Under the pieces are notes generated by a model. That model saw only the letters and a program-made list of their open reading frames with translations. It was not told the origin of the DNA and ran no database searches. A DNA stretch of 63,701 bases, counting the filler, from Choristocarpus tenellus KU-1152 (Eukaryota > Protista > Phaeophyceae), in NCBI GenBank assembly GCA_964200185.2. It is 11 parts of 11 records of this genome, joined end to end, with 100 filler letters (N's around TTAATTAATTAA, not from the genome) between each part and the next. Parts side by side here need not be neighbours in the genome. Positions count along the whole stretch, not along the records: positions 51,430 to 63,701 come from CAXNAD020001898.1; 10 more parts are not named here. One strand, given 5' to 3'. Shown piece after piece: positions 63,643 to 63,701 of the stretch (positions within the stretch are counted from its first letter, which is position 1; every line of letters starts with the position of its first letter). The translations under genes and the position numbers were made by a program.

Positions 63643-63701
63643 GGCTCAAAGTATCTGGGAGGGGGTGGCGGCTGTCCATTTGGGGTCCATTTTTGTATGT
63701 C
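63643..63701 (+). mobile_element. End of poly-G sister TIR family at the window end
   Basis: GGCTCAAAGTATCTGGGAGGGGGTGGCGGCTGTCCATTTGGGGTCC. Confidence 0.78.

Overview
Eukaryotic, intron-rich nuclear DNA, most likely from a brown alga (Phaeophyceae). The evidence is a brown-algal-type fucoxanthin-chlorophyll protein C-terminus, a ChlD with a bipartite plastid presequence, and TTAGGG repeats. The window is not one locus: it is 11 separate contigs joined by identical artificial 100-nt linkers (N44-TTAATTAATTAA-N44), so neighbourhoods across linkers mean nothing. Spliced gene fragments rebuilt by eye with phase-consistent junctions: an armadillo-repeat (Vac8-like) protein, an MFS transporter, a coiled-coil protein, Mg-chelatase ChlD, a USE1-like SNARE, Lhcf, a HUWE1/UPL1-like HECT ligase N-terminus, a PDZ+PPR protein, NTF2, a glutathionyl-hydroquinone reductase (Xi-class GST) and a long TPR protein. 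There is also an intact tRNA-Thr(AGT). Mobile and repetitive DNA: a head-to-tail array of 5'-truncated RLE-type non-LTR retrotransposons separated by a conserved hairpin unit; a decayed chromodomain Ty3/Gypsy element ending about 100 bp downstream of the tRNA-Thr; a ~260-bp MITE family with GAG..CTC termini and 4-bp TSDs (Sola2-like) plus a poly-G sister family; a ~62-bp degenerate tandem array; and many short interstitial telomere repeats. The most unusual items are (i) a CCA-tailed, 5'-truncated tRNA-Gln copy with G at T-loop position 58, fused to a TG..CA LTR-like segment (an apparently over-extended primer-binding site), (ii) the self-stacking RLE retrotransposon array and (iii) a MET1/ZKT-like PDZ domain fused to PPR repeats. 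All calls come from motif recognition only; no database searches were run.
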